Below, piece after piece: positions 29,407 to 39,518 of a stretch of 64,000 nucleotides of DNA. Numbering within the stretch: the stretch's first letter is position 1; every line of letters starts with the position of its first letter. Made by a program: the position numbers and the translations under genes. The stretch is from Candidatus Zixiibacteriota bacterium. Its GTDB lineage: Bacteria; Zixibacteria; MSB-5A5; UBA10806; 4484-95. The stretch covers positions 588,472-652,471 of the forward strand of contig JBBIRK010000001.1 in assembly GCA_037441845.1 (NCBI GenBank), written 5' to 3'. The notes beneath the pieces are model-generated. The model was not told the DNA's origin. It was given only the letters and a program-made list of their open reading frames with translations, and made no database searches.

Positions 29407-31518
29407 GTTTCGCTCGGAGCGCATAGACATTTCGATCCAGGTGTCGTGCCCTGCGGCAAGCCATGCCCCATATATAGCGGTGTCGCTCAGCCCCGAACCG
29501 GTGAACAGCAAATCGTAATAGCCGGTCCTGAGGCTGTCGAAAACGAAGCCGCCGCTGGAGTCGGTCACCGCGAATCGCAAACTGTCCGCGATAATCACCT
29601 CGACACCGGCCAGCGGCTCAAGTGAATCATCGACCACAATCCCGGTAAGGCGTCCGAATCCGCCGTTGAAATCGGTCGTGAAAACGAGCGCCGAATAATA
29701 GTCGGCCGCCACCAATCGGCCATCGCTGCCCAGCGAAATCTGGATCGCATCACCCGGGGTGTCGCCGTGAAACACGGAAACCGGCGAAGAAGGATTGGAG
29801 GCATCCAGAACACGGATACCGCCGTCATAGTCGGCCACATAGGCGAAAACGCCATCGACCAAGACCGATCTCGCCGATCCCGGCGTGTTATAGCTTCCCG
29901 CAAAAACCGGGTTTGAGGGATTGGCGATGTTGATTATCTGAAGCCCGGAGGCGTAATCGGCCACGAACGCATAATCGCCCGCGATACATATATCATTGGC
30001 AAATCCCGGCGTATTATATGCGCCGATTGCGACGGGAAAGGCGGGGTCGGAGACATCGACGATCTGGATTCCCGGCGACCCCACCGCCAGAAATGCCAAA
30101 GAGTCTTTTAGGAATACACCCAAGGCATTGGCCGCGGTGGCGAAACTCCCCACCGAAAAAATAGAATCGGGATCGGCGATATTCAGAATCTGCAGCCCGC
30201 CGCTGCGATCGGCCACGTACGCATAAGGCCCCCTGATTTCGATATCGTTGGCGGCCCCCGGCGTGTCAAATGTGCTTGACAGAACGGGGTTTTGCGGATC
30301 GGCAACGTCGAGAGCGATCACTCCGGCGCTGAAATCGGCCACGAACAGATGATCTCCGGCGGCGAAAACGTTCTTGGCCACACCCGGGGTGTTGAAATAA
30401 GAAAGCGCTCGTGGTCGGGATGCATCGCCGATGTCGACCACTGCTATACCGGCCGCCTCGCAGGCGGCGAAAGCAAGCCGCCCACGGGCAAAAACTCCAA
30501 CCACGTTGCCCGGCGAAAATCCACCCAAGAGTGACGGGTTTGCCGGGTTGGATATGTTGATGATCCGCAACCCTTGCGGGCCATCGGCCAAATAAGCCCT
30601 TTGGCCTGACACATCCACTCCTTTCGTCAATCCGCCTGATAGGTAACGGCCGACGAAAAAGGGGATCGCCGGGTTGGCGATATTGACTATCTGCAGGCCG
30701 GAGTCGCTGTCGGCTATAAAGGCATAATCTCCTGATAAAGCAAGATCGACCGCCGCCGAAGGGGAGTCCCAATTTCCAACGAACACCGGATTGGCGGGAT
30801 TGCCGATATCGATAATCAAAAGGCCGTCGGGGCCGTCGGCGACATAAGCGTAGCCGTTACGCACCACCACATCATTGGCCAATCCGGGTGTGGCGTATCC
30901 GCCGATCGAATCAGGCAATGCCGGGTCGGTGACATCGATAATTTGCAAACCGCCGGTATAGTCGGCCACGAAAGCCGTATTACCGACCACCTGAATGCTA
31001 TGGGCGAATCCCGGAGTCTGGTAACTCGATACGAATTGAGGGTTCGAAGGATTACCGATGTTGATGATATGTATTCCCAGGTAATCATCGGCGATATACG
31101 CGTAAGCGCCGGATACGCAAATGCCGATAGCAGATCCGGGCGTGTTATAAGTCGATAAGACCGTCGGCGCCACCGGATCATTGATGTCGAGGATTTTCAG
31201 GCCGGAGTCGGCGTTGGCAATAAAAGCATGGCTGCCGTCGATATAGATGCCGTAGGTGAAATCGGCGAAAGCATAGCCACCGATCGTCTGAATGTTCTGG
31301 GGATCGGCTGTCGAGTATATTTGTAGTGTTTTGCCGCCGGTAACATAGGCGTAGCCTCCCTCGATCCAGACGTAGCCGGCGCTGCCGCAGTGGAGGGTTG
31401 ACCCCATAAGAGAGACTTGCTGGGCGGTCGAGGGAGCGATCGGCCAGCATAGCAACAGACCGGCGATAAGGAGCCGATGCAACAAGAAGCTGCCGATAAT
31501 ATCAGATATTCTTTTCAT
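29149..31518 (-). CDS. Secreted LVIVD-repeat beta-propeller protein with carboxypeptidase-regulatory-like domain and C-terminal dockerin-like module
   Basis: About 14 YAYVAD..GLQIINI.NP..P / TPG repeats; signal peptide; CLYIPGDINGDG...CHFFPPP tail. Confidence 0.88.
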   Translation of the reverse strand: MKRISDIIGSFLLHRLLIAGLLLCWPIAPSTAQQVSLMGSTLHCGSAGYVWIEGGYAYVTGGKTLQIYSTADPQNIQTIGGYAFADFTYGIYIDGSHAFIANADSGLKILDINDPVAPTVLSTYNTPGSAIGICVSGAYAYIADDYLGIHIINIGNPSNPQFVSSYQTPGFAHSIQVVGNTAFVADYTGGLQIIDVTDPALPDSIGGYATPGLANDVVVRNGYAYVADGPDGLLIIDIGNPANPVFVGNWDSPSAAVDLALSGDYAFIADSDSGLQIVNIANPAIPFFVGRYLSGGLTKGVDVSGQRAYLADGPQGLRIINISNPANPSLLGGFSPGNVVGVFARGRLAFAACEAAGIAVVDIGDASRPRALSYFNTPGVAKNVFAAGDHLFVADFSAGVIALDVADPQNPVLSSTFDTPGAANDIEIRGPYAYVADRSGGLQILNIADPDSIFSVGSFATAANALGVFLKDSLAFLAVGSPGIQIVDVSDPAFPVAIGAYNTPGFANDICIAGDYAFVADYASGLQIINIANPSNPVFAGSYNTPGSARSVLVDGVFAYVADYDGGIRVLDASNPSSPVSVFHGDTPGDAIQISLGSDGRLVAADYYSALVFTTDFNGGFGRLTGIVVDDSLEPLAGVEVIIADSLRFAVTDSSGGFVFDSLRTGYYDLLFTGSGLSDTAIYGAWLAAGHDTWIEMSMRSERNCLYIPGDINGDGNRIGGDVTFGVRYFKGIGTPPPDSCYLDSTSAYLYVAGDVNGNCEFRGSDITRLAAYFKGSATLSHCHFFPPP

Positions 31519-31777
31519 CGCATATTCCGATCGCGCTATATGCAGACATTTATAAAATTAAGTTGCCGCCGGTGAATGTCAAGGATTTGTTCGCCGCGGA
31601 ACCGCCCCAGGCACAAAAATGAAGTTGATAACGGAAAGGTTGCGCTTTCGTTAAATATATCGGGTGGCTTTCTCCGTTCCGCGGAACAAACTTTTCTGTC
31701 GTCATGTTCAGCATACTGAATCGTTTGAGCAACGAAACCTGACGATACTTGTCCGGCTGAACGTACATGGAGAAAAT

Positions 31778-32689
31778 ATGCGATCTCGTATTCTCGAAGA
31801 TATGAAAAGCAAGCCCGATTGGCTTAAGGTAAGAGCCAGTTATAACAGCACCTACCTTGAGGTCAAGGAGCTGATAAAAGAATCGAACCTGCACACGGTT
31901 TGTCAGGAGGCGAACTGCCCGAATATCGCGGAGTGTTTCGGAGCGCGCACGGCCACGTTCATGATTTTGGGCGACACCTGTACCCGCACCTGTCGTTTCT
32001 GCAATGTGAACAAGGGTCGGCCGAAAGGTTATGATACCGACGAACCACGCCGGGTGGCCGAGGCCTGCGCCCGCCTGAATCTGCGGTTTGCGGTGATAAC
32101 CTCGGTGACCCGCGATGACCTTCCCGACGGCGGCGCCGCCATATTCGCCGAAACGACGAGGCTGATTAAATCGCACAATCCGTCATGCCGCGTGGAACTG
32201 CTTATCCCCGACTTAAAGGGGGACTGGCGGGCGCTCGAGACGATATTGGATGCGAACCCCGATGTTTTGGCGCACAATCTCGAAACCGTCCCGCGCCTTT
32301 ATCCTCAAGTAAGGCCGGAGGCGGAATACGAGCGGTCGCTCGAGTTGCTGGCCAAATCATACGAATTGCGGCCGGATATTATCGTGAAAACCGGTATCAT
32401 GGCCGGTTTGGGCGAGGAAGACGATGAAATCGTGCACTTGTTCGCCGATGCCCATGACCATCATTGTCAGATTTTAACCATAGGCCAGTATCTCAGGCCC
32501 TCGTATTGGCATCATCCCGTGATCGAATACAAACATCCGGATTGGTTCGCAGAAATGAAAACCGTCGGCGAGAAAATCGGCATAACCCATATCGAGTCGG
32601 GACCTCTGGTGCGAAGCTCTTACCTTGCTCACAAGCAGGTGGCCGAGTTTAAGGAAAAAATCCGACAGCGAAACTCCGCCGCATTTTGA
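31778..32689 (+). CDS. lipA: Lipoyl synthase
   Basis: KPDWLK, CQEANCPNIAEC, CTRTCRFC, RSSY. Start moved to ATG 31778 (GGAG RBS). Confidence 0.97.
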   Translation: MRSRILEDMKSKPDWLKVRASYNSTYLEVKELIKESNLHTVCQEANCPNIAECFGARTATFMILGDTCTRTCRFCNVNKGRPKGYDTDEPRRVAEACARLNLRFAVITSVTRDDLPDGGAAIFAETTRLIKSHNPSCRVELLIPDLKGDWRALETILDANPDVLAHNLETVPRLYPQVRPEAEYERSLELLAKSYELRPDIIVKTGIMAGLGEEDDEIVHLFADAHDHHCQILTIGQYLRPSYWHHPVIEYKHPDWFAEMKTVGEKIGITHIESGPLVRSSYLAHKQVAEFKEKIRQRNSAAF

Positions 32690-32730
32690 TTTGCGCAACA
32701 GGCGGAGACGAAAGCCCTGCGCTGCGGCGG

Positions 32731-33729
32731 CTAATGTATCGCCTTTAGGATTATATAGCTGAGGATTGCGAATATCCCCGCTCCGGGGAACGTGAATATC
32801 CACGCCAGCAATATGTTTCTCACCACTTGCCAACGGATGTTGCCGATACGCTCGGCCATGGCTCCTCCGGCGATCGCGCTGGCGGCAACCTGGGTGGTCG
32901 AGATCGGAGCGCCGGTCAACGATGCCGCCAGGATCACGGTGCCGGCCGCCGTTTCCGCGGCGCAACCGATGATCGGCTCGTGTAGGTTGGTCATTTTCCG
33001 CCCCATGGCCTTGATAATGCGCCAGCCGCCCACGGAGGTTCCCAAACCTATAATGAAAGCCGAGGCCAAACGCACCCAGAAAGGAATGGCGAACGTCTGA
33101 ATCGAACCGGCCGTGAGCAGCGCGATCGTAATCACCCCCATGGCATTTTGGGCGTCGTTCATCCCATGGGTGAGCGCCACAAACGCCGCCGAAACGACCT
33201 GGATTTTTTTGAAAATGCGCGCTGATCTCCGGTATCGCATGCCGTTTACGATCCAGCTGAAAGCGATCATGGTGATCGCTCCGAGCAATGCTCCCGCCAG
33301 CGGCGAAATTATCATGGCCAAAATTATTTTACGTATGCCTTTCATCATCAAGATGCCGAAATCGAATCCACTGACGAACAGCGCGACACCGGCCAGACCG
33401 CCCACGAGGGCATGGGTCGATGACGACGGCAGACCGAAATACCAGGTGAAGTATCCCCACAAGATCGCTCCGACCACCCCGGCCAAGAGCATCGGCATGG
33501 TTATCAATTCGCTGGAGACAATTCCTTTGCCGATCGTGTAAGCCACGGCCGTATGCATCATGGCCCCCACAAAATTGAGGGTTCGGGCCAGGATTATGGC
33601 GTTCCGCGGGGATAGGGCATGGGTTGCAACCGTAGTGGCGATCGCATTCGCCGCATCGTGAAAGCCGTTTACGAAATCGTAGAGGAGAGCCGCCGCCACG
33701 ATCAGCGCCAGTAATACGTGGTCAGACAT
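32731..33729 (-). CDS. pit: Inorganic phosphate transporter, PiT family
   Basis: NGFHDAANAIAT, LPSSSTHAL, HGMNDAQN, PISTTQ. Confidence 0.95.
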   Translation of the reverse strand: MSDHVLLALIVAAALLYDFVNGFHDAANAIATTVATHALSPRNAIILARTLNFVGAMMHTAVAYTIGKGIVSSELITMPMLLAGVVGAILWGYFTWYFGLPSSSTHALVGGLAGVALFVSGFDFGILMMKGIRKIILAMIISPLAGALLGAITMIAFSWIVNGMRYRRSARIFKKIQVVSAAFVALTHGMNDAQNAMGVITIALLTAGSIQTFAIPFWVRLASAFIIGLGTSVGGWRIIKAMGRKMTNLHEPIIGCAAETAAGTVILAASLTGAPISTTQVAASAIAGGAMAERIGNIRWQVVRNILLAWIFTFPGAGIFAILSYIILKAIH

Positions 33730-34501
33730 TAACCGCCACCATCCGCTTCAGACTGGCCGCCACATCGGTGCAGGCGTCGGTGGCTTTTTCCAGCTCGACA
33801 TAGACCTCGCGCAAAATGAAAAAGATGGCCACATGCCGCACGTATTGAACTATGAATCGATCGACGGCCAGCAGATCGGAGAAGCTGCAATCTTCAGGGT
33901 TTCCACTGCAGAGCGAATCTATCATCTTTTCGGCGTCGATTCTGTTCTGTCTGATTTCCGCGAATCGACGGCTCAACCCCTCGTGATAGATCAGGTCCGC
34001 CTGAATTTCGAATCTGGTGATCGTGTTATAGAAAGTGCTTAGCCGGCGGTTGTGGGGCAGATCGCGGACGGCGTTTTGGATTTCCAGGCAGGCGTTGTGG
34101 ATTACCGGCGCCAACTCGCGCATCTCTTTGTCGCTCGAGGGGAAATTATAGATAACGTAGCGGTTGGCGGCGTGTTTGATGAATTTGATCACCCGCGTCA
34201 AGTTAAGCGTAAGCTCCATTATCTCCGAGCGTTCGAATGGGGGTTGCTGCGAAACTCGCAACAATTCCTCCACCGAGTTACTGACCTTGGTGCACATTAT
34301 GAATCTGTTGTGAATCGACTCCTCGATTTCGCGGCGATCGCGATCGGGGGCCTTGAACAGCTCTATGAGATTGACGCTCGCCTGCACGTTGTGTTCCGCC
34401 ATCTGGTTGAATAATTCATAGAATTTTTTATCTTTTGGCGGCAGTAATCTGATATTCTTAATTTTCGACCATAAGCTGTTTCGAGCGATCAGGTCGTTCA
34501 T
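33722..34501 (-). CDS. DUF47/PhoU-like Pit accessory protein
   Basis: PKDKKFYELF, PFERSEI, EIQAD, REVYVELEKATDAC; overlaps the pit gene. Confidence 0.8.
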   Translation of the reverse strand: MNDLIARNSLWSKIKNIRLLPPKDKKFYELFNQMAEHNVQASVNLIELFKAPDRDRREIEESIHNRFIMCTKVSNSVEELLRVSQQPPFERSEIMELTLNLTRVIKFIKHAANRYVIYNFPSSDKEMRELAPVIHNACLEIQNAVRDLPHNRRLSTFYNTITRFEIQADLIYHEGLSRRFAEIRQNRIDAEKMIDSLCSGNPEDCSFSDLLAVDRFIVQYVRHVAIFFILREVYVELEKATDACTDVAASLKRMVAVNV

Positions 34502-34624
34502 GGCGCTTCATTCCTTCCTTACCTATATAATCCCTCTATAAAACCGAAAATATGATCATGTTCGGTTGCTGTCAATATCATCACCCCGATAACGCCGACT
34601 TATTTTTCCGTCGATCGAGGCATA

Positions 34625-35308
34625 TTATTTTCTCATGCGGTATTCGCAGAAGACCGCCGATTCCTCGACCTCTGTTATCCGGAAGTCGAGTTTGAGTTTA
34701 GCCGCGATTTCCGCGAAACGATCAGAGGAAAAAGTGACGGCGCGGAAGCCGTCTTTGCAGATAATGACGCCGTCGATGCATTTTTCCCATTCGATAGGTC
34801 CGATAAGCCCGAGTTCGGCCTGAATTTCGAACCACTCGATCCGATAAGGCCAAAATTTATCGAGATAGCTCGAAAAGAATGCTCTGCCGTTTTTTTTAAG
34901 CACGGAGATCGATTCGCTTATCAAAACCTCCGGGGCGATTTTTATGGCGGAGATTCCGTTTTGGATACAAACGACGAGATCGAATGTTTCCTTTTTGAAT
35001 CCGAGCGCGCCGGCATCCATGAGGCAATAATGCGTATTGGAAGATTCGGTTGACGACTCCGCTGCGAGTCGAATGCTGTCGCTCGATATATCGATCCCCA
35101 CCGCGAAAGCTGCTCGTTCCGCCAGTTTCTCGATCACCCGGCCGTAGCCGCAACCCAGTTCGAGAAGATAGTCCGTCGATCTCGTGTGTCCGGCGACGAA
35201 CTCGATTTCGGCGTTGAGATATCGTTTTACCCTTGGCGGGGCGCAATCGTAGGCTTTCTGCAGCCTTTGGGCCATGAGGGAATTTTTATAATAATCGCCC
35301 GGTCTCAT
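34625..35308 (-). CDS. Class I SAM-dependent methyltransferase
   Basis: LLELGCGYG, GIDIS, FDLV, VLKKNG. Confidence 0.9.
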   Translation of the reverse strand: MRPGDYYKNSLMAQRLQKAYDCAPPRVKRYLNAEIEFVAGHTRSTDYLLELGCGYGRVIEKLAERAAFAVGIDISSDSIRLAAESSTESSNTHYCLMDAGALGFKKETFDLVVCIQNGISAIKIAPEVLISESISVLKKNGRAFFSSYLDKFWPYRIEWFEIQAELGLIGPIEWEKCIDGVIICKDGFRAVTFSSDRFAEIAAKLKLDFRITEVEESAVFCEYRMRK

Positions 35309-35604
35309 TCACGGCTATTATACGACAGGTTTCAGCAAAGAACAAATGATTGGGGATAAAATGGCTTTTTTATCTTGACATCTATTTCCGGGATTTGGTT
35401 TTGAAATGATCAGCTCGGATTGCCTTTTCGCCTGATCATGTCCGCACCAATCATCCACGATTTGTTCATAATTTGGCCAGCATGGACCTTATAAATTCTC
35501 CATTTTTGACGATTCAATATTCGATGTTTCAAAGTGTTACGAAATCTCCAAACTTTGGCATTCGCGGCATGGATATTGACCAATAGCTGTATGCGGGTAA
35601 GGCG

Positions 35605-37056
35605 TTGACTGATATCAACGCAGGAGGAATTATGACGAACGCATGCGGCACAATTGAAAGCGGATCTGGAAAATGCGGTATCGGCCGACGAGCATATAGG
35701 CCGTTGATTACAGCTGTGCTGTGCCTGGCCGCATCTTTCGCGCCCGAACGGGCCGCCGTGTCGGCAAATTCAACCGCAGTCGATTCGAATGCCATATTGC
35801 AGCCTGCGGGTCGAATTTCGGAGACATCGCCATCGATCCCGGGGCCGCGATTGGTGAGCGAATTCGGCAGTATAGAGCTGAGCTGGCTGGCCCCGGGCGA
35901 TGACGGCCTTATCGGAACCGCCGATCGTTATATCGTAAAATATGCGTCGTTTCCGATCAATCTCGCCAATTGGGATTCGGCAACGGAAGCGCCCGATCCG
36001 CCCGCCCCGTTGCCTTCGGGAACCCCCCAGACGTTCACGATCGGAGGGCTGGAAAAGGGACGGCCGTATTATGTCGCCATGAGAGTGGCCGACGACTGCC
36101 ATAATCTGTCGGCCTTATCCGATGTGATCCTGGTGACGGCCAGCGGCTTGGCTGTGCCGCAACCGGTGCGGACCGATATCGATACGATCAACGGAACGGC
36201 GGCGGCGGTGGCAAGGGTTATTTCCGCTTCCCTGCCGGTTTATTACGAATTCGAATTGGATACCATTTTCCTTTTCGACAACCCGGTTTTACAAATCGGC
36301 ATGGTGGCCGATACCGTGGTTTCCTCGACTTTCGGTAATCTGCGAAGCGGCCTGACCTATTTCTGGCGTTGTCGGGCGGTCGCCTCGGACCATTCGGATA
36401 CGAGCTACTGGTCGTATTTTTCGATGTTCGAAATGCAGATACACGATGGCATCAGTCCAACCGTAACGGTGGGTTCTCCCAACGGCGGCGAGAGTTTGGC
36501 GATCGGTTCGATTCACGTTATAACCTGGACCGACAGCGACAATGTAGGGATAACCTCACATCGTATCGAGTATTCCACCAATGCCGGTTCCACCTGGATA
36601 GTGATCCGCGATTGGACCGCCGGCGATCCCCATAACTATCTCTGGACGGTTCCCAATGTCTCCACGACCCGCGCACGCATACGGATATTCTGCCGCGACG
36701 ATGCCGGCAATATCGGCAACGACGTTTCGAATGCGAATTTCACTATTCGACAGTCGGGCAGCCTTATCGATGAGCGTTACGCGGAGATTCCCGAGCGGTA
36801 TTCGCTTGCCCCGGCTTATCCCAACCCTTTCAACAGCGCGGCGGTCATCTATTTCGGATTGCCCGAGAGCGGGCCGGCCACAGTGGAGATTTTCGACGGC
36901 TCGGGTCGCAAAGTGGCCACGATCGCCGAGGGTTATTTTGCCGCCGGCTGGCATAAGGCGGTGTTCGATGCCGCCGCTTTGGCAAGCGGAGTTTATTTCA
37001 GCAGAATCGCCGCCGGTTCTTTCAACGAGACGAGGAAACTGGTTTTGGTGAAATAA
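35605..37056 (+). CDS. Secreted FN3/Ig-like domain protein with T9SS type-A CTD
   Basis: LSWLAPGDDG FN3 motif, YFWRCRA, SPNGGE domain, YPNPFN...KLVLVK. Start uncertain. Confidence 0.8.
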   Translation: MTDINAGGIMTNACGTIESGSGKCGIGRRAYRPLITAVLCLAASFAPERAAVSANSTAVDSNAILQPAGRISETSPSIPGPRLVSEFGSIELSWLAPGDDGLIGTADRYIVKYASFPINLANWDSATEAPDPPAPLPSGTPQTFTIGGLEKGRPYYVAMRVADDCHNLSALSDVILVTASGLAVPQPVRTDIDTINGTAAAVARVISASLPVYYEFELDTIFLFDNPVLQIGMVADTVVSSTFGNLRSGLTYFWRCRAVASDHSDTSYWSYFSMFEMQIHDGISPTVTVGSPNGGESLAIGSIHVITWTDSDNVGITSHRIEYSTNAGSTWIVIRDWTAGDPHNYLWTVPNVSTTRARIRIFCRDDAGNIGNDVSNANFTIRQSGSLIDERYAEIPERYSLAPAYPNPFNSAAVIYFGLPESGPATVEIFDGSGRKVATIAEGYFAAGWHKAVFDAAALASGVYFSRIAAGSFNETRKLVLVK

Positions 37057-37092
37057 TGGCCGTTCGGCGATGTGGGGTTGGTACGCAGTAGG

Positions 37093-37124
37093 GCGGGTCC
37101 GTATCCGGGCGGGCCCGCTTTTTT
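37093..37124 (+). terminator. Intrinsic terminator
   Basis: GCGGGTCC...GGGCCCGC followed by T6. Confidence 0.7.
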
Positions 37125-37264
37125 GCCGTCGTCCGCTAAGAGAGGCGGTCGGCTGCGCCGAATTTGCTGAAACAGTGCTGGATTTCGTTCGTTTAAGCAT
37201 ATATATTGAGACAGCGAATCGTTTTCCGATTTATTTATTGGGCAGAGTTCTTTGAAAATGGAAT

Positions 37265-37614
37265 GGGGGCGATAGGTTTCGACGGGTTTAGTTCATTTGG
37301 GTCGGCATGCCGATGCCCCGGGCATCGTAAAAACCGGGAACACACACTAAGCGCCAATACATACGCGCTTGCCGCTTAATAAAAAGCGGCCATCCTGATC
37401 GAGTTCGCTTTCCGGCTCGATTAAGGGTGTCGATTAGGGAAGCTGGCGGCCGAACGCTGGTCCCGGCGGGAGGCTGCGAGATTTTGATATGGGCTTGGCC
37501 GCGATGCAGCCCGGTTTTCGGCGTTGTCGCGGTGAAATAAAAGAAAACCTAAGCATGTAGAAGACCCTTAGGGATTATTCTCGGACGGGGGTTCGATTCC
37601 CCCCGCCTCCACCA
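37265..37614 (+). ncRNA. ssrA: tmRNA; tag (A)ANTYALAA at 37353-37379
   Basis: 5' GGGGGCG...TTCGAC; 3' GGGGGTTCGATTCCCCC-CGCCTCC-ACCA with G3.U acceptor pair; tag ORF ending YALAA*. Confidence 0.97.
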
Positions 37615-37634
37615 TATTGAAAAGGCCGTATTGG

Positions 37635-37658
37635 TCGGGGCCTCCGCCCGATTTTTTT
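37635..37658 (+). terminator. tmRNA terminator
   Basis: TCGGG...CCCGA followed by T7. Confidence 0.6.
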
Positions 37659-38289
37659 ACAGATGGTATATTACCAAGATTACCCGCCCTTGATTGACGA
37701 GATGAGTTGCCAAAGTATCTTTCGGCTGATTTCGCATAAAAGATCAGTCATGAAGAGAGGGAAGTTAGGTAGGTATCAGGGACTCTGGCGGCTCGGATCG
37801 AATGTTACAACGTAGGTTATTTGCATTCGGCGCAGGCGTGCAAAACGCCGAATCAACAGGAGGAAACCTATAACCTACCCACGAAAACTCTCTTAAAAAC
37901 AGCTTGCTAAATAGGGAGCATTACACATTGAAGCTGTGCCCCTAATGGTGGCGCAAAGATACAGGGCGACCCGCACCATGGTAATTTTCTAATTTTATCA
38001 GTTCAGATTTACTTGATTGCAGAATTGTTTGGTTGTTTTTGGGATTGCCTCTTTAACAATCGAATCCTTGCCCGAAACGTAAAAACCTCACCCCTAATCA
38101 AAATTTAAGGGCGCTGGTCGATTTTTGCACATTCCGCGCCCCAACAACCTTTCCGCCCGCCCGGCTATGTTGCTGAATCATTTGGCCTTATAAAATCGGC
38201 GCGAATCGGCATCGTTCATGATATATTATCAATTGACGACCAATGGCGATACTCAATAATAATAGGGCGCAGATAGATCGGAGGATTCC

Positions 38290-39402
38290 TTGAAACCTAT
38301 CACCTTTCTTGCCGCGGCCGCTTTCTTCACTATCGGGGCGATAACCGCCGCGGAATCGGGCAATTTCGAGAACATAATGTTTCTGCACCACTCGACCGGC
38401 TCCAACCTAATTTCGCAGGGCGGCGTCCGCAACCTGATCGCCTCCTATAACTCGCAAAACGGCGAGAATCTCGAGTTCTGGGATCACGGCTACAATTACC
38501 AAGGTGTGCACGACCAGAACAATACCGCTTACAGCAGTTACAATATCCCGAGCGATAACACCAATCCCGATGGTTTTTATGCGCTTTTCAGTCAGCCGCT
38601 GCATGATCCGCCGGATAACGCATTCAGCAGGTTCATGCTTCCCCACACGATGGGAGCAAGAACGATTACGCATGAGGTGTTTATTTTCAAGTCCTGTTAT
38701 CCGGCAAGCGATATCACCAGCGAATCGATGCTTCAGCAATATAAAGACTGGTATTTGGCGATTCGGAACGTGATGGATGCTCACCCCGAAAAGATTTTTA
38801 TCCCCCTTACGCCGCCTCCATTGGTGCGATCCGCCACAACGCCGGCGAATGCCGACAGAGCGCGCCGTTTCGCTCTTTGGCTGTCTTCAGCGGAATACCT
38901 GGCGGGGCACCCCAACGTATTCGTTTACAATTTCTGGTGGGATCTCGCCGAGCATGATTCGACCTCGATTTACTACAACTGCCTGCGCGAGGTTTATGGC
39001 GGTTCCGGCAGCGATTCCCATCCCAATCAGCTTGCCAATCAAACTTGCGGGCCGCTGTTCGTAAATCATATCATAGCCTCGATTCAGGCTTATCGCCAGG
39101 CCCAGGGGATAGAAGACGATAATCGAAACGTTTCGCCTATGGTATTCGGGCTGATCGGGAATTATCCGAATCCGTTCAACGGTTCCACGGTGATAAGTTT
39201 CGGGCTGAAATCGGCATCGAACGCCTCTCTCGATATTTATGATCTGCTCGGCAATCGGGTTTATGCCGTAAATCTCGGCGTTTTGTCTGCCGGGGAACAT
39301 TCCATTGTTTGGAGCGCCGCGGGCCTGGCCTCCGGAACTTACTTTTTCAGACTTAGCGCCGATGGCGTACAGCAGACCGGCAAGATGCTTTTGATAAAGT
39401 AA
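38290..39402 (+). CDS. Secreted protein, possible SGNH-like hydrolase fold, with T9SS type-A CTD
   Basis: Signal peptide; FLHHSTG, FKSCYP, DSHPN motifs; NYPNPFN...KMLLIK. The fold call is tentative. Confidence 0.7.
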   Translation: MKPITFLAAAAFFTIGAITAAESGNFENIMFLHHSTGSNLISQGGVRNLIASYNSQNGENLEFWDHGYNYQGVHDQNNTAYSSYNIPSDNTNPDGFYALFSQPLHDPPDNAFSRFMLPHTMGARTITHEVFIFKSCYPASDITSESMLQQYKDWYLAIRNVMDAHPEKIFIPLTPPPLVRSATTPANADRARRFALWLSSAEYLAGHPNVFVYNFWWDLAEHDSTSIYYNCLREVYGGSGSDSHPNQLANQTCGPLFVNHIIASIQAYRQAQGIEDDNRNVSPMVFGLIGNYPNPFNGSTVISFGLKSASNASLDIYDLLGNRVYAVNLGVLSAGEHSIVWSAAGLASGTYFFRLSADGVQQTGKMLLIK

Positions 39403-39518
39403 ACGTCCGCTCTTGGAGGAATTTCGTTTTGTTCGTCGATCCGGCCGGGGCATTTAATTATGATGGGTCGCCTGCCGTCGCCGACAGCCGAACCGCCCCC
39501 AAGACCGGCCGCGAAATA

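Noticed and set aside
37585..37614. tmRNA 3' end as attachment site of an integrated island
   Set aside because: No duplicated 3' end and no integrase seen in the window.
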